Assembly: GCF_004010195.1 (NCBI RefSeq)
Contig: NC_057752.1
Coordinates: 3,155,487-3,219,486, forward strand
DNA length: 64,000 nucleotides
Direction: 5' to 3'
DNA from: Chiloscyllium plagiosum
Taxonomy: Eukaryota
The position numbers were made by a program, and so were the translations under genes. Positions 24,121-36,540 of this stretch are shown piece by piece. The notes under the pieces are model-generated. The model did not search any database. It was not told the DNA's origin and saw only the letters and a program-made list of their open reading frames with translations. Positions within the stretch are counted from its first letter, which is position 1. Every line of letters begins with the position of its first letter.

Positions 24121-24440
24121 TGGGGCAGTATGGTGGCTTAGTGGTTAGCACTGCAGCCTCACAGTACCAGGGTCCCAGGTTCGATTCCAGCCTCAGGTGA
24201 CTGACTGTGTGGAGTTTGCACGTTCTCCCCGTGCCTGCGTGGGTTTCCTCCGGGTGCTCCGGTTTCCTCCCACATTCCAAAGATGGTGCAGGTCAGGTGA
24301 ATTGGCCATGCTAAATTACCCATGGTGTTAAGTGCATTAGTTAGAGGGAAATGGGTCTGGGTGGGTTACTCTTCGGAGGGTGAGTGTGGACTGGTTGGGT
24401 TGAATGGCCTGCTTCCACACTGTAGGGAATCTAATCTAAT
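24121..24440 (+). mobile_element. HE1 V-SINE, full length
   Basis: A/B boxes, V-domain, tail gaatctaatctaat. Confidence 0.92.
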
Positions 24441-24869
24441 AATGCCGCACAATCGAGGCAAATATCTTCCAATGCTTGGAACCAGTTAGTGACATGAGAA
24501 CAACTGCATTGAGAGCCATGAACGATCGCCGATAGCATGGGAGCAGTTGGGCTGTAGTTTTGAAAAGCAGGTTCTGATTGTTAGAAGTATTGGAATGCAG
24601 CCACCAATGGTGTCCAGTGGAACAGGAATCCGTTCTGTACATTTTCTCCTTGGAAGTATTCGCTCTGTTGGAGGTAACTGTCAAACACCAGCCGAATGAG
24701 CCACTCTCCGAAGCACAGTACTTGTGGATCCAAGGCCACATCCAACATTACAGGACCCCATTTGATGAATGAAGCAGGTCAAAGAGTAAAGTCAGGCTCC
24801 TCCAAATCAATAACGTCCCCAAAGTGACACAGAGTTCAAGGCATCCAAAATGGAGGCCCTCCATAGCGC

Positions 24870-25620
24870 TAATAGATAAGGTGGTTAAAAAAAGGCCTAT
24901 GGCATGCTTGCCTTCATTGGAACAGGCTTTGAGTATAAGGACAGACAAGTTATGCTGCAGCTTTATAAAACTTTAGTCAGGCCATACTTGGAATATCGTG
25001 TACAGTTCTGGTCACCGCACTACCAGGAGGATGTGGAGGCTTTGGGAGAGGGGACAGAAAAGGTTTACCAGGATGTTGCCTGGTATGGGGGGGATTTTAG
25101 CGATGAAGAAAGGTTGGATAGACTGGGTTTGTTTTCACTGGAACGCAGGAGGTTGAGGGGCGACCTGATAGAAGATTATGAAACGCGTGGGAAGTATGAG
25201 GCTTTGTCCCCAGGGTGGAGGGGTCCATTACTAGGAGACACAGGTTCAAGGTGCGGTGGGGGAGTTTAAAAGGGATGTGTGAGGCAGGTTTTTCACACAA
25301 AGGGTGGTGTGTGCCTGGAACACGCTGCCAGAGGAGGGGGTGGAAGCAGACACAATAGCAGCATTCACCCGAGCGAATACATAAATAGGAAGGGAGCAGA
25401 GGGATACGGATCCTGTAAGGGTGGTGTGTGCCTGGAACACGCTGCCAGAGGAGGGGGTGGAAGCAGACACAATAGCAGCATTCATCCGAGCGAATACATG
25501 AATAGCAAGGGAGCAGAGGGATACGGATCCTGTAAGTGAAGACAGTTTTAGTATGGAAGGGCAAAATGTGTCAGTGCAGGCTTGGAGGGCCGAAGGGCCT
25601 GTTCCTGGGCTGGATTGTGC
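24870..25620 (+). mobile_element. CR1 3' fragment with a 117-bp internal tandem duplication
   Basis: VMLQLYKTLVRPYLEYRVQFWSPHY motif; duplicated block starts at 25300 and 25417. Confidence 0.88.
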
Positions 25621-26259
25621 ATTGTTAATAAATTTGAATTTTCTTTTTAGAAAGGAAATCAAGAATATTTACTGAGCTCACAAAGAGGGGCATAAAAGCA
25701 AATACAGTCCAAATGTGTTAATGGGGTTAGTGCCTGCAATTTCCATGTGCTGCACACTCTCGAACTGTGAAGATGCCAAACTACAGCACTACCATTGGTG
25801 GGAGTGTGGAATTACAGCGTTATAAGTGTACATAGCTCCCATTCTAAAAATGGTGGTTTATGACCAAAGCACATCCAATATTCTCTATTTTAATAAGTGC
25901 ATCTTCTGTGGTGCTGTTCACAGACAGCCTGGTGCCCAGTGTGGTCCCACTGTAGCCTCAACATAACAGCACCTCTTCATCAGTTTAATTAAATGACAAA
26001 GGTACTGAAGCGATCTGACTGTCGGGAGGTACAAATATGAAACCATCTTGGAGATGCTGAAGTTACAGGCTTCAGAGATGACCATTACTCCCGGAAGTTA
26101 ATATATAAATAATTTTGGGTTGCTATCTGAAATCTCTTTGCAGTTATTTATGGTTTACTTTTTTTTACAACCTCTGGCTGTGCATTTGCAGTAACAGACA
26201 ACATTATTATTTTCATTAAGAAAGCAATGGGGTTTATTTCGCGAAGGTTTGAGATTTGA

Positions 26260-27010
26260 GTTACTTTATTATTCTTGTCACATGTACTGAAGTACAGTGA
26301 AAAGTTTTATTTTGCGTGCAGTACAGGGTTAGATCACACCGTACAAAGTGCATTAGGGTGATAGAACAGAGCGAGGAATACAATGTTACAGCTGCAGAGA
26401 AGCTGCGCAATGAATGAGATCAACATTAAATTTGAAAGTGGAGAGGTACGTTCAGAAGTCTGATAACAGCAGGGAAGAAGCTGTTCTTGAATCTGTTAGT
26501 CTGTGTGTTTAAGCTTTTGTATCCTCTGCCCGAGGGAAGAGGTTGGAAGAGATTGTAACCGGGGTGGGAGGGGTCATTGATGATGTTGCTGCCTTCTCGA
26601 GGCAGTGGGAAGTGTAGATGGAGCCAGTGGATGGGAGGTTGGTTTGGGTGATGGACTGGGCTGTGTTCACAACTCTCTGTAGTTTCTCACTGTCCTGGGC
26701 AGAGCAGTTGCTGTTCCAAGCCGTGATCCATCTGGATAGAATGCTTTCTGTGGTGCATCTGTAAAAGTTGGGGGAAGTCTTTAAGGACATGCTGAATTTC
26801 CATAGCCTCCTGAGGGAGTAGAGGTGTTGATGTGCACATCAACATTGGTGGACCAGGACAGATTGTTGGTGGTCATCACTCCCAGGAACGTGATGCTCTT
26901 GACCCTCTCCATCTCAGCTCCATTAATGCAGACTGGGGCGTGGCCTCCGCTCCCCTTCCTGAAGTCGACGACCAGCTCTTTCGTTTTGCTGACGTTGATG
27001 GAGAGTCGAC
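26260..27010 (-). mobile_element. Rex1/Babar-clade LINE 3' fragment
   Basis: LSINVSKTKELVVDFRK...FLGV..NNLSW and FYRCTTESILS.WITAW..NCSAQD.EKLQRVV are typical of the Rex1/Babar ORF C-terminus. Confidence 0.85.
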
Positions 27011-27059
27011 ATCCCGTCACCAATCACTCTATCTCTTTCCTGTATTCTGTCTTGTTGTC

Positions 27060-27500
27060 CAGAATGCTATCAGCAATGAGAAATGTCAGTTATGTGGAGA
27101 GAGTGGAGAAGCTGGAAGCGGTCTACATGGAACAGAGAAGGTTAAGAGGAGTGTTGATAGAGATGTTCAGAATCTTGAAGGGTTCTGTGAGAGTTAAAAG
27201 TGGAAATTTGTTCTCACAGGCAAAAGGGTCAATTGCCAGAGGTCACCAATGTAAGGTGATTGTCAGAAGAACTATGCGGAACCTCTCTGTCATACAGCAA
27301 TATGTCATGCTCTGCAAAGCGTTGCCTGAGAGAAATGAGATTCAATCATCACCTTCAAAAAGAGAGGTGCATAAACGCTTGAGGGAAATATTTATAAGGC
27401 CATGAGGAAACAGCAGAGTTGTGAAGTAATTGGGTAGCTTCTTCCAAAGAACCAGCAGGGGAAAGATGGGCCAAATGGCCACCTTCTGTGAACTATCATT
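27060..27500 (+). mobile_element. Old CR1 3' fragment
   Basis: SYVERVEKL..EQRRLRGVLIEMFRIL..ARGHQCK motif. Confidence 0.75.
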
Positions 27501-27529
27501 TTACAAGTCAACAATTCTGCATCCATAGA

Positions 27530-27848
27530 CTGCGCAAAGAGGCCATTCAGTCCAATCGAGTCTACACTTACCCTCCGAACAGCATGCCTACCCAGACCTC
27601 ACAACCCCAAGGCTAATCCACTCAGCCCACCCATGCATGAACACTGAAGACAATTTCTCACGGCCAATCCACCCTAACCTGCAAATCTTAGAACAGTGGG
27701 AGGAAACCGGAGCACCTGTAGGAAACCCACGCAGACACAGGGAGAACGTGCAAACTCCACACAGACAGTCACCCGAAAGTGGAAGTGAACCTGGGACCCT
27801 GGTGCTGTGAGGCAGCAGTGCTAACCACTGAGCCACCGTGCCGCCCAC
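27530..27848 (-). mobile_element. HE1 V-SINE
   Basis: Head gggcggcacggtggctcagtggttagcac on minus; V-domain. Confidence 0.9.
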
Positions 27849-28089
27849 AATTTAGTGCAGTCAACATCGATCAGAAAACAGGCTAACATAATAAAACTCA
27901 GGTCAACCAAAGCATTGAGCACTCCTGACGGGCTTCTCAGAGTCAAATGGTCTGATCCTCAGAATATTGAGATCTTTTATGTTTAATGCAGGCAGACAGA
28001 AACTTGATTTAACAACTTGTTGGAAAGACAGCACAGCTCTCCACCATTACCGCACTGGAGTGTTAGACTAAATTTTTTTTTAGGTTATA

Positions 28090-28390
28090 TTCCCTACAGT
28101 ATGGAAACAGGCCCTTTGGCCCAACAAGTCCACACCAACTCTCTGAAGAATAACCTACCCAGACTCATTCATTTACTCTATATTTGCTCCTGACTAATGC
28201 ACCTAAGAGTATGGGCAGTTTTGCATGGCCAATTCACCTGGCCTGCACATCTTTGGATTGTGGGAGGAAACCCACACAGATGCAGGGAGAACATGCAAAC
28301 TCCACACAGGCAGTCAACAGAGGGGGAATTGAACCTAGGACCCTGGTACTGTGAGGTAGCAGTATTAACCACTGACCCACTTTGCCATCC
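28090..28390 (-). mobile_element. HE1 V-SINE
   Basis: Tail, V-domain and head on minus. Confidence 0.85.
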
Positions 28391-30116
28391 ATTGCCCTGA
28401 ACTTTACACCGAACTGGCCAGAGAAGAGACTTGACCAAAAAGCTTCTCGATGTAAAGTGCTAGACACTGAGCCCTGAGCAAAGCCTGGAGACAGCCTGAA
28501 GATATTCAAGGCTTTACAGAGAAATAAATACATACAGATTTCTTCTAACACTTGCGAGTGCACGGAATGGAATCGCTATTCAATGATGCCAGACTCCAGC
28601 CCAGTAAATACTGCAATTTCAGATCGATTTACACTTATGGAACAAATAGCAGAGGGCAGTGCAGTTCAGAACCAGGAGAGTGGAATATAAGTTTAAAGAA
28701 TATTATCTGGCAGGTCTTAATTTATCAAAAAGCCGCAGGGTGGCCACACTGCCAAATACTGGATTAGCATCTCACTGATAGATCGCTCAGGATAATTACA
28801 GTAATTTGAAATTCCTGTTTGCTATTTTTGGCACACAGATGTGCATCGAGCTCTGGCATATGACTTCAGAAGGGTTAATAGTAGTTAAAAAAGCGACGCA
28901 CAGGAATTTGCTGCAGATGCACTGACGCGTGCTAAAAAATAATAGAGAATGAGAGATTTCGAGTCCATCCTACACCAAACGATCAACCTGTTCAATAGCA
29001 AAGACATCTCTGATACAACAGTGAGACACACGAATGTCAGCATTCCTTGTGCTAAACGTGAATTTGCCTGGAATGTGGGATGACAATATCTGGAGTCACT
29101 ATTTGCAAACAAAACCAATTTGATGTCTCACGGCAGAGCTTTATCAGATTTGTAATGGCTGACCTCCTGTCCCCGTCATTGGCAGCGGTGGCTTCGTGCA
29201 CCCAGGTCAGAGGTCACACAACCCCAGGCTATAGTCCAACAGCTCTGTGTGAAATCCCAAGCTTTCACAGTGCTGCCCCTTCATCACCCACATGGAGTTC
29301 AAGAATGATAAGGAGGGAGGAACCTCAGGGATGGTACATATGCAAGTTCCAAAGCCCATTATACTCCAGTCAGACATCCCAATGTTCGGGCCACAGCATT
29401 GGCTTAAAGTGCAAGATAAAGCATAGCATCCATGAAGGAAGAGGTGAGTTCAGTACGGTCCAGTGAGAGAATCAGCTAGGCCTCACTTCGACAAACCCTC
29501 CAAAAAACTTAACACAGCCAAACACAAACGTAAGATTCAGCCAATATAGTTTATGGGGCACTCTACAACTTCACAATGTGTGCGTGGTATTCTTGGAATA
29601 TCAGTCCATTTGTGCATGGTCAGGTTCAGTCAACAACAAAATGTATGTGGTTTCAGTGACAAACACGTTCAGCATTTGCACAAAGTTCCTTCATTGTCTA
29701 TTTGAGAGAGAAACAAGGGGCCAACCTGTTAAAAGTTAATAGATTTGGGCCTTAGAGGGCTAAGAGGTTAGCATCCGAACCCACGAAAGCATGCAACACC
29801 GACATTATTCCACTAGCTGTACTTTGAAGTGAAACAACTGTTAAATGTTATAAAGTCGCCTGAAAGAATTCTCTCTCATTGAAAATGTTACAGGGGAAGG
29901 TGACAGAACTACAGTTTGCCACCAAATCCTGGCAGGGGATATTGTCAGGGCCACTTCACTCATGAAATATTAATCCAGGCTGCACTGCTATTGCTGTAGA
30001 ACAGTGACAGAAGGTGTGGGGTATTGGCACTTGAAACCAAATTGTCATTCTACCTTTCTGTGCCCTGGGACCGGAGGATAAAACTTACCCTCCACCTGCC
30101 AACCCATTTCAGATCT

Positions 30117-30317
30117 AAGTTAAAAATCACACAGCAACAGGTTATAGTCCAACAGGTTTATTTGGAAGCACTAGCTTTCGGAGCGCTGCTCCTTCATCAG
30201 GTAGTTGTCCGAAAGCTAGTGCTTCCAAATAAAGCTGTTGGACTATAACCTGTTGCTGTGTGATTTTTAACTTAGTACACCCCAGTCCAACACCGGCACC
30301 TCCAAATCATGACTACC
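30117..30317. mobile_element. PLE pseudo-LTR hairpin (family B) with hammerhead motif
   Basis: Arms 30115-30182 and 30208-30275 are inverted; 10-bp TSD tttcagatct (30107-30116, 30318-30327); minus strand tac-CTGATGA-a-ggagc-agc-gctcc-GAAA-gc-TA-gtg. Confidence 0.85.
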
Positions 30318-31382
30318 TTTCAGATCTCGATGGGATTCACTTCGCCTTGCGTGAGTTTGCTTTCTTTCCTTTTCTGCTGCTCATCTTCAAGGCGCTTGGA
30401 CTCGAAGCATGAGGCACCTCGCCATTTTGAAAAGCTCTCCTTGAAGGGATGCAAATGAACTTGCTCCCAAATGTTCAAGATGGAGGGACACACAATTGCA
30501 ACTTGGTCAACTGCAAGAGAGTCTAAACTTCAACTGTGTTAATGAGCTGCCTCCCATTGATTGATCCAGTTCCTGTATGTTTTTCTCCAAATTCCCAAGG
30601 CTTCCCATGAGCCTCTCTCAGTGATCACCTCCCTCTTTACCCCTTCTGTTCCCTTAGGCCTCTTCAGCTCCACCAATAATGGCTGCTCCCTCAGCTCCTG
30701 TGCTCAGGAATTCATTGCCAGTTCCTTCCACATCTGTCGAGATCTCCTGTGCTTCAACTGAATCTTTATCCAAGCTCTCCACTGTTACCCTCTGCTTTCC
30801 TCTTTTATCCTTCCATAGCCCCACTTGCCCCACTTTCCCACACTGGGCCTGTATAGCCTTGAATATTATGACCTTTTGTGTGTTCATCCAAATACTTTCT
30901 CAAGGTTGTGAGGTTTCCCTGCTCAACTTTTCCAGCGGCCCACTTTTCGACTTGGATCTCCAGCAGAACCCTCACTCTCTCTCTTCTCGCCTCAACTACC
31001 CTGCCAGGTAGTTGCAGACCCCCACCATCCTCTGGGTGAAAAAGATCTTCCTCAAGGCCACTCTAAACCCTTCTGCTTCAAATTTATTCCCCTTTGGTAT
31101 TGGACTGGCTTTAGAATCCAATGGTTTTGCCCACTTTCGCCTAAAGCAGGGCATGTCTGACCCTGTAGGCCTTGAAATCTGACCCTTGAAATCGATTCTG
31201 CTTGTGGTTCAGTTTCTCAATCGCACGAGGGCCCTGCCTATATTTCCTCAGGGTCATCGCCCTTCCTGCACCTGTGTTGGCAAAGGGACTCAACACCTCC
31301 ACCACCTCCCCAACTTTGCCCAGCCATACCAAGGCCAGTTGGAGTGCTCCCAAGATTGTCTCTGCGGGTGAGAGGAATCAGC

Positions 31383-31575
31383 TAGGAGAAAGGGAGGACT
31401 GCAGATGCTGGAGAGTCAAAGTCGAAGAGTGTGGTGCTGGAAAAGCACAGCAGGTCAGGCAGCATCCGAGGAGCAGGAGAATCGACGTTTCAGGCGTAAG
31501 CCCTTCATCAGGAATGAGGCTTGTGGGCCAAGGGGGCTGAGCCACATCCCTCTCCCATTTATCTCTCAACCCCCA
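31383..31575 (-). mobile_element. PLE pseudo-LTR (family A) with hammerhead motif and part of the 3' UTR
   Basis: Minus attc-CTGATGA-a-gggc-ttac-gcct-GAAA-cg-TC-gatt; adjacent ccaagggggctg matches the flank at ~40935. Confidence 0.8.
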
Positions 31576-31577
31576 GT

Positions 31578-33115
31578 TGAAAGATTTAAAAGGGACCTGA
31601 GGGGCAACTTTTTCATGCAGAGGGTGGTGTGTGTATGGAATGAGCTGCCAGAGGAAGTGGTGGAGGCTGGTACGTAGAACATAGAACATAGAAAAGTACA
31701 GCACAGAACAGGCCCTTTGGCCCACAATGTTGTGCAGGGGGTTAATCTTAATGTAAAATAAAATAACTTAACCTACGCATCCCTCAACTCACTGCTATCC
31801 ATGTGCATGTCCAGCAGTCGCTTAAATGTCCCCAATGACTCTGCTTCCACCACCACAGCTGGCAACACATTCCATGCATTCACCACTCTCTGCATAAAGA
31901 ACCTTCCTCTGATGTCCCCTCTATACCTTTCTCTTAACATCTTCAAACTATGACCCCTCATACCAATCAATCCTGCCCTGGGGAAAAGTCTCTGGCTATT
32001 GACTCTACCCATTCCTCTCATTATTTTGTTCACCTCGATCAGGTCTCCTCTCTTCCTCCTTCTCTCCAGAGAGAATTATTCAACCTCTCTTCATAAGGCA
32101 AGCCCTCCAGTCCAGGCAGCATCCTGGTAAACCTTCTTTGCACCCTCTCCAAAGCCTCTGTATCTTTCCTACAGTAGGGCGACCAGACCTAGAACACAAT
32201 ATTCCAAGTGTGGCCTCACCAGGGACTTGTAGAGCTGCAGCATAACCTCGCGGCTCTTAAACTCGATCCCCCTGTTAATGAAAGCCAAAACACCATATGC
32301 TTTCTTAACAACCCTATCCACTTGGGTGGCAACTTTGAAGGATCTATGTACTTGCACACCCAGATCCCTCTGTTCCTCCACACTGCCAAGAATCCTGTCT
32401 TTAATCCTATATTCAGCAATCGAGTTTGACCTTCCAAAATGCATCACTTTGCATTTATCCAGGTTGAACTCCATCTGCCATTTCTCAGCCCAGCTCTGCA
32501 TCCTGTCTATAAGTTAAAATGGTATGATTACAACATTTAAAAGTCTGGATGGGTATATGAACAGGAAGGGTTTAGAGAGATATGGGCCAAATGCTGGCAA
32601 ATGGGACGAGATTGAGTTAGGATATCTGGTTGGCATGGACGTATTGGACTGAAGGGTCTGTTTCCATGCTGCATGACTCTATGACTCTATAAGTCAAGGT
32701 CAAAGATTAGCTATTATCTTACAAAATGGGGGAGCAAGTTCCAGGACCTGTAGACCCTACCCTCATTCCTGATCACTGCGTTTCTAGAACATAGAACACA
32801 GAACATAGAAGAATACAGCGCAGTACAGGCCCTTTGGCCCTCGATGTTGCGCCGATCCAAGCCCACCTAACCTACACTAGCCCACTATCCTCCATATGCC
32901 TATCCAATGCCCGTTTAAATGCCCATAAAGAGGGAGAGTCCACCACTGCTACTGGCAGGGCATTCCATGAACTCAAGACTACTGCTACTGGCAGGGCATT
33001 CCATGAACTCAAGACTCGCTGAGTAAAGAATCTACCCCTAACATCTGTCCTATACCTACCACCCCTTAATTTAAAGCTATGCCCCCTCGTAATAGCTGAC
33101 TCCATACGTGGAGAA
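31578..33115. mobile_element. Nested CR1 fragments: plus-strand HER1 end (31578-31675, 32520-32690) and minus-strand CR1 copies (31675-32510, 32786-33110)
   Basis: Minus ORFs 31773-32033, 32169-32501 and 32872-33105 carry CR1 motifs; tagaacatagaacatag tails; 36-bp tandem duplication at 32945/32981. Confidence 0.87.
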
Positions 33116-33124
33116 ACACTACAA

Positions 33125-33875
33125 CACCAATTTTGGTGTTATCTGCAGATTTGCTAACCATGCCTCCTATATTCACATCCAAAACATGTGTAGAAATGAC
33201 AAAAAATTAGAGGACCCAGCTTTGATCCTTGTGAGACACTGCTGGTCATAGGCCTTCAGTCCGAAAAGCAGCCCTCCAACACCACCCTCAATCCCTTACC
33301 TTAGAGCCAATTTTGTATCGAAATGGCTAGCTCTTCCTGTATTCGTTTTGGAGCAGTTCTGGTCACCCTGCTACAGGAATAATATTATTAAATTGGAGAG
33401 GGTTCAGAAAAGACTTGCCTGGTTGTTGCTGGGAAGGGATGGTTTGAGTTATGAGGAACAGCTGGATAGGCATGAGACTTTGTTCACTAGATCATAGGAG
33501 GTTGAGAGGTGACCTTGTAGGGGTTTATAAAATCATGAGGGAAATAGATAAAGTGAATAGCGAAGGTCTTTTCCCTAAGGTGGAGGAATTCAAAACTAGA
33601 GAGCATATTTTTAAAATGAGAGGAGAAAGAGGAACCTGAGGGGGCAATCTTTTCACACAGTGGGTGGTTCATATGTGGAATGATCTGCCAGAGGAAGTGG
33701 TAGATGTAGGCACAGTTACAACCTTTAAAGGACTTTTGGATAAGTACATGAATAGGAAGGGTTTAGAGAGATATGGCCCAAATGCAGGCAAGTGGGAATT
33801 AATTTGGCAAACTTGGTCAGCATGGATGAGTTGGACTAAAGGGTCTGTTTCTGTGCTGTATGACTATAATTCTAT
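33125..33875. mobile_element. CR1: inverted RT segment (33125-33345, minus) joined to a sense 3' end (33345-33875)
   Basis: Minus piece encodes a degenerate ADxTKIG / QGS region; plus piece reads QFWSPCY...RLRGDL...WNDLPEEVV. Confidence 0.75.
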
Positions 33876-33879
33876 AACT

Positions 33880-34150
33880 AGGGTCCAAATTAATAAGCAG
33901 GAGGTTAGACTAATAACCTTGGGATTACTGTTGGAGCCTCATTCAAATTGATATTGTGACAAGTAGACTAGAGGTTAAGTTGCATGCATGACAGAGTGGT
34001 GTGAGAAACAAGGGTTTCATGAGACACTGGCACCATATTGTGGAAAGAGGGAACTGTTTCACTCGGATAGGTTCCATTTAAATCAAGCTGACATCAGTTT
34101 CTTTGTTGATCATAACAGTCTGGGTAGACTGAGCTTTAAATTCATCAGAG
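33880..34150 (+). mobile_element. Degenerate CR1 ORF1 (SGNH esterase-like) remnant
   Basis: LITLGLLLEP...EWCEKQGF...GKRELFHSDRFHLNQ resembles the CR1 ORF1 C-terminus (DGLHLN motif). Confidence 0.6.
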
Positions 34151-34259
34151 GAGGAAAGGTACAGGTAAGCATGAAATTTTAAAATTGAAGGTAAGTCTTG
34201 GCCTTTTCCATAACTAAAGTAAAACTTATGGAATTATGATCCTGGCTGGGTTCATTTCC

Positions 34260-34911
34260 CAATACAGGGTCTAATATGGTCCCTTCACTAGTTGAACTCT
34301 CTACATATTGTTTCAGGAATTCCTCCTGGATGCACCTAACAAAATCTGTCATATCTAAACTCTCGACACTATGGGAATACCAATCACTAAATAAAAACTG
34401 AAAGAACTGTGGATGTTGTAAATCAGAACCAAAAACAGGTTCTCAATTCTGAGGAAGGATCACTCGACCCAAAAAGTTCATATTGATTTCTCTCCACAGA
34501 TGCTGCCAGAGCTTTTCCAGCAATTTCTGTTTTTGAGTTCCAGTTGCTATTGGGGAAGTTAAAATCACCCACTAGCACAACCTTGTTTTTACATCTTTCC
34601 ATGATGTACTTACGCATCTGTTCTTCTCACTCCCACAGGCTACTCGGAGGCCTGTTGTACAACCACATCATAGCAATCGTTATCATATTCATAAGTTACC
34701 AAATATCTTGCTTGATGAGCCTTTCTTAGAACAGCTGTGACATTCTCCTTAAGCAATAATCCCATTTTCCACTCCTTTTACATCCCTCTCTATTACTCCT
34801 GAAACATCTAAATCCTGGAACATCAAGCCACCAATCTTATCCTTCTCTCAACCAAATTTCTGTAATGTCTACCACATCATAGTGCTATACACTAATCCAT
34901 TCACTACACTA
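34260..34911 (-). mobile_element. CR1 ORF2 endonuclease remnant with a family-C PLE insert (~34388-34535)
   Basis: VVLVGDFNFPN APE-endonuclease motif; insert tctgaggaaggatcactcgaccc...ccacagatgctgccaga. Confidence 0.8.
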
Positions 34912-35397
34912 TTAGTGTAGTGAATGGATTAGTGTATAGCACTATGATGTGGTAGACATTACAGAAATTTGGTTGAGAGAAGGATAAGATTGGTGGCTTG
35001 ATGTTCCAGGATTTAGATGTTTCAGGAGTAATAGAGAGGGATGTAAAAGGAGTGGAAAATGGGATTATTGCTTAAGGAGAATGTCACAGCTGTTCTAAGA
35101 AAGGCTCATCAAGCAAGATATTTGGTAATTTATGAATATGATAACGATTGCTATGATGTGGTTGTACAACAGGCCTCCGAGTAGCCTGTGGGAGTGAGAA
35201 GAACAGATGTGTAAGTACATCATGGAAAGATGTAAAAACAAGGTTGTGCTAGTGGGTGATTTTAACTTCCCCAATAGCAACTGGAACTCAAAAACAGAAA
35301 TTGCTGGAAAAGCTCTGGCAGCATCTGTGGAGAGAAATCAATATGAACTTTTTGGGTCGAGTGACCCTTCTTCAGAATTGAGAACCTGTTTTTGGTT
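34427..35397. repeat. ~971-bp near-perfect palindrome (485-bp arms, 1-nt spacer at 34912)
   Basis: Centre tcactacacta-t-tagtgtagtga; arms match up to the gap edge, with about 4 substitutions found by eye. Confidence 0.95.
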
Positions 35398-36367
35398 NNN
35401 NNNNNNNNNNNNNNNNNNNNNNNNNNNNNNNNNNNNNNNNNNNNNNNNNNNNNNNNNNNNNNNNNNNNNNNNNNNNNNNNNNNNNNNNNNNNNNNNNNNN
35501 NNNNNNNNNNNNNNNNNNNNNNNNNNNNNNNNNNNNNNNNNNNNNNNNNNNNNNNNNNNNNNNNNNNNNNNNNNNNNNNNNNNNNNNNNNNNNNNNNNNN
35601 NNNNNNNNNNNNNNNNNNNNNNNNNNNNNNNNNNNNNNNNNNNNNNNNNNNNNNNNNNNNNNNNNNNNNNNNNNNNNNNNNNNNNNNNNNNNNNNNNNNN
35701 NNNNNNNNNNNNNNNNNNNNNNNNNNNNNNNNNNNNNNNNNNNNNNNNNNNNNNNNNNNNNNNNNNNNNNNNNNNNNNNNNNNNNNNNNNNNNNNNNNNN
35801 NNNNNNNNNNNNNNNNNNNNNNNNNNNNNNNNNNNNNNNNNNNNNNNNNNNNNNNNNNNNNNNNNNNNNNNNNNNNNNNNNNNNNNNNNNNNNNNNNNNN
35901 NNNNNNNNNNNNNNNNNNNNNNNNNNNNNNNNNNNNNNNNNNNNNNNNNNNNNNNNNNNNNNNNNNNNNNNNNNNNNNNNNNNNNNNNNNNNNNNNNNNN
36001 NNNNNNNNNNNNNNNNNNNNNNNNNNNNNNNNNNNNNNNNNNNNNNNNNNNNNNNNNNNNNNNNNNNNNNNNNNNNNNNNNNNNNNNNNNNNNNNNNNNN
36101 NNNNNNNNNNNNNNNNNNNNNNNNNNNNNNNNNNNNNNNNNNNNNNNNNNNNNNNNNNNNNNNNNNNNNNNNNNNNNNNNNNNNNNNNNNNNNNNNNNNN
36201 NNNNNNNNNNNNNNNNNNNNNNNNNNNNNNNNNNNNNNNNNNNNNNNNNNNNNNNNNNNNNNNNNNNNNNNNNNNNNNNNNNNNNNNNNNNNNNNNNNNN
36301 NNNNNNNNNNNNNNNNNNNNNNNNNNNNNNNNNNNNNNNNNNNNNNNNNNNNNNNNNNNNNNNNNNN
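35398..36367. other. Assembly gap (970 N)
   Basis: N run. Confidence 1.
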
Positions 36368-36540
36368 TGCCAGAGGCCTGAACCCCATTGCTTACCCCTG
36401 GTAAGTCGCCCCCCCCACAAGTATCCAAAACCTGTTCTTGAGGGGAACGGCCGCAGGGGGTCCCTGCACTGGCTGCTTCCTCGCAGTCCCCCTCACTGTC
36501 ACCCATCTGTCTGCAATCTTTGGAGTTACTACTTCCCTAA
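36368..36540 (-). mobile_element. CR1 ORF1-region remnant
   Basis: VLDTCGGGDLPGVSNGVQASG resembles the ORF1 linker of shark CR1 elements (from memory). Confidence 0.5.

Noticed and set aside
30115..30275. Pre-miRNA or MITE interpretation of the hairpins
   Set aside because: The one-sided extension, 9-15 bp variable TSDs across these elements, the hammerhead motif and the link to a GIY-YIG remnant fit Penelope pseudo-LTRs better.
30325..30511. Possible minus-strand exon after ctcttgcag (DQVAIVCPS...EDEQQKRKESK)
   Set aside because: About 60 open codons with no recognisable homology or partner exons; compatible with chance.
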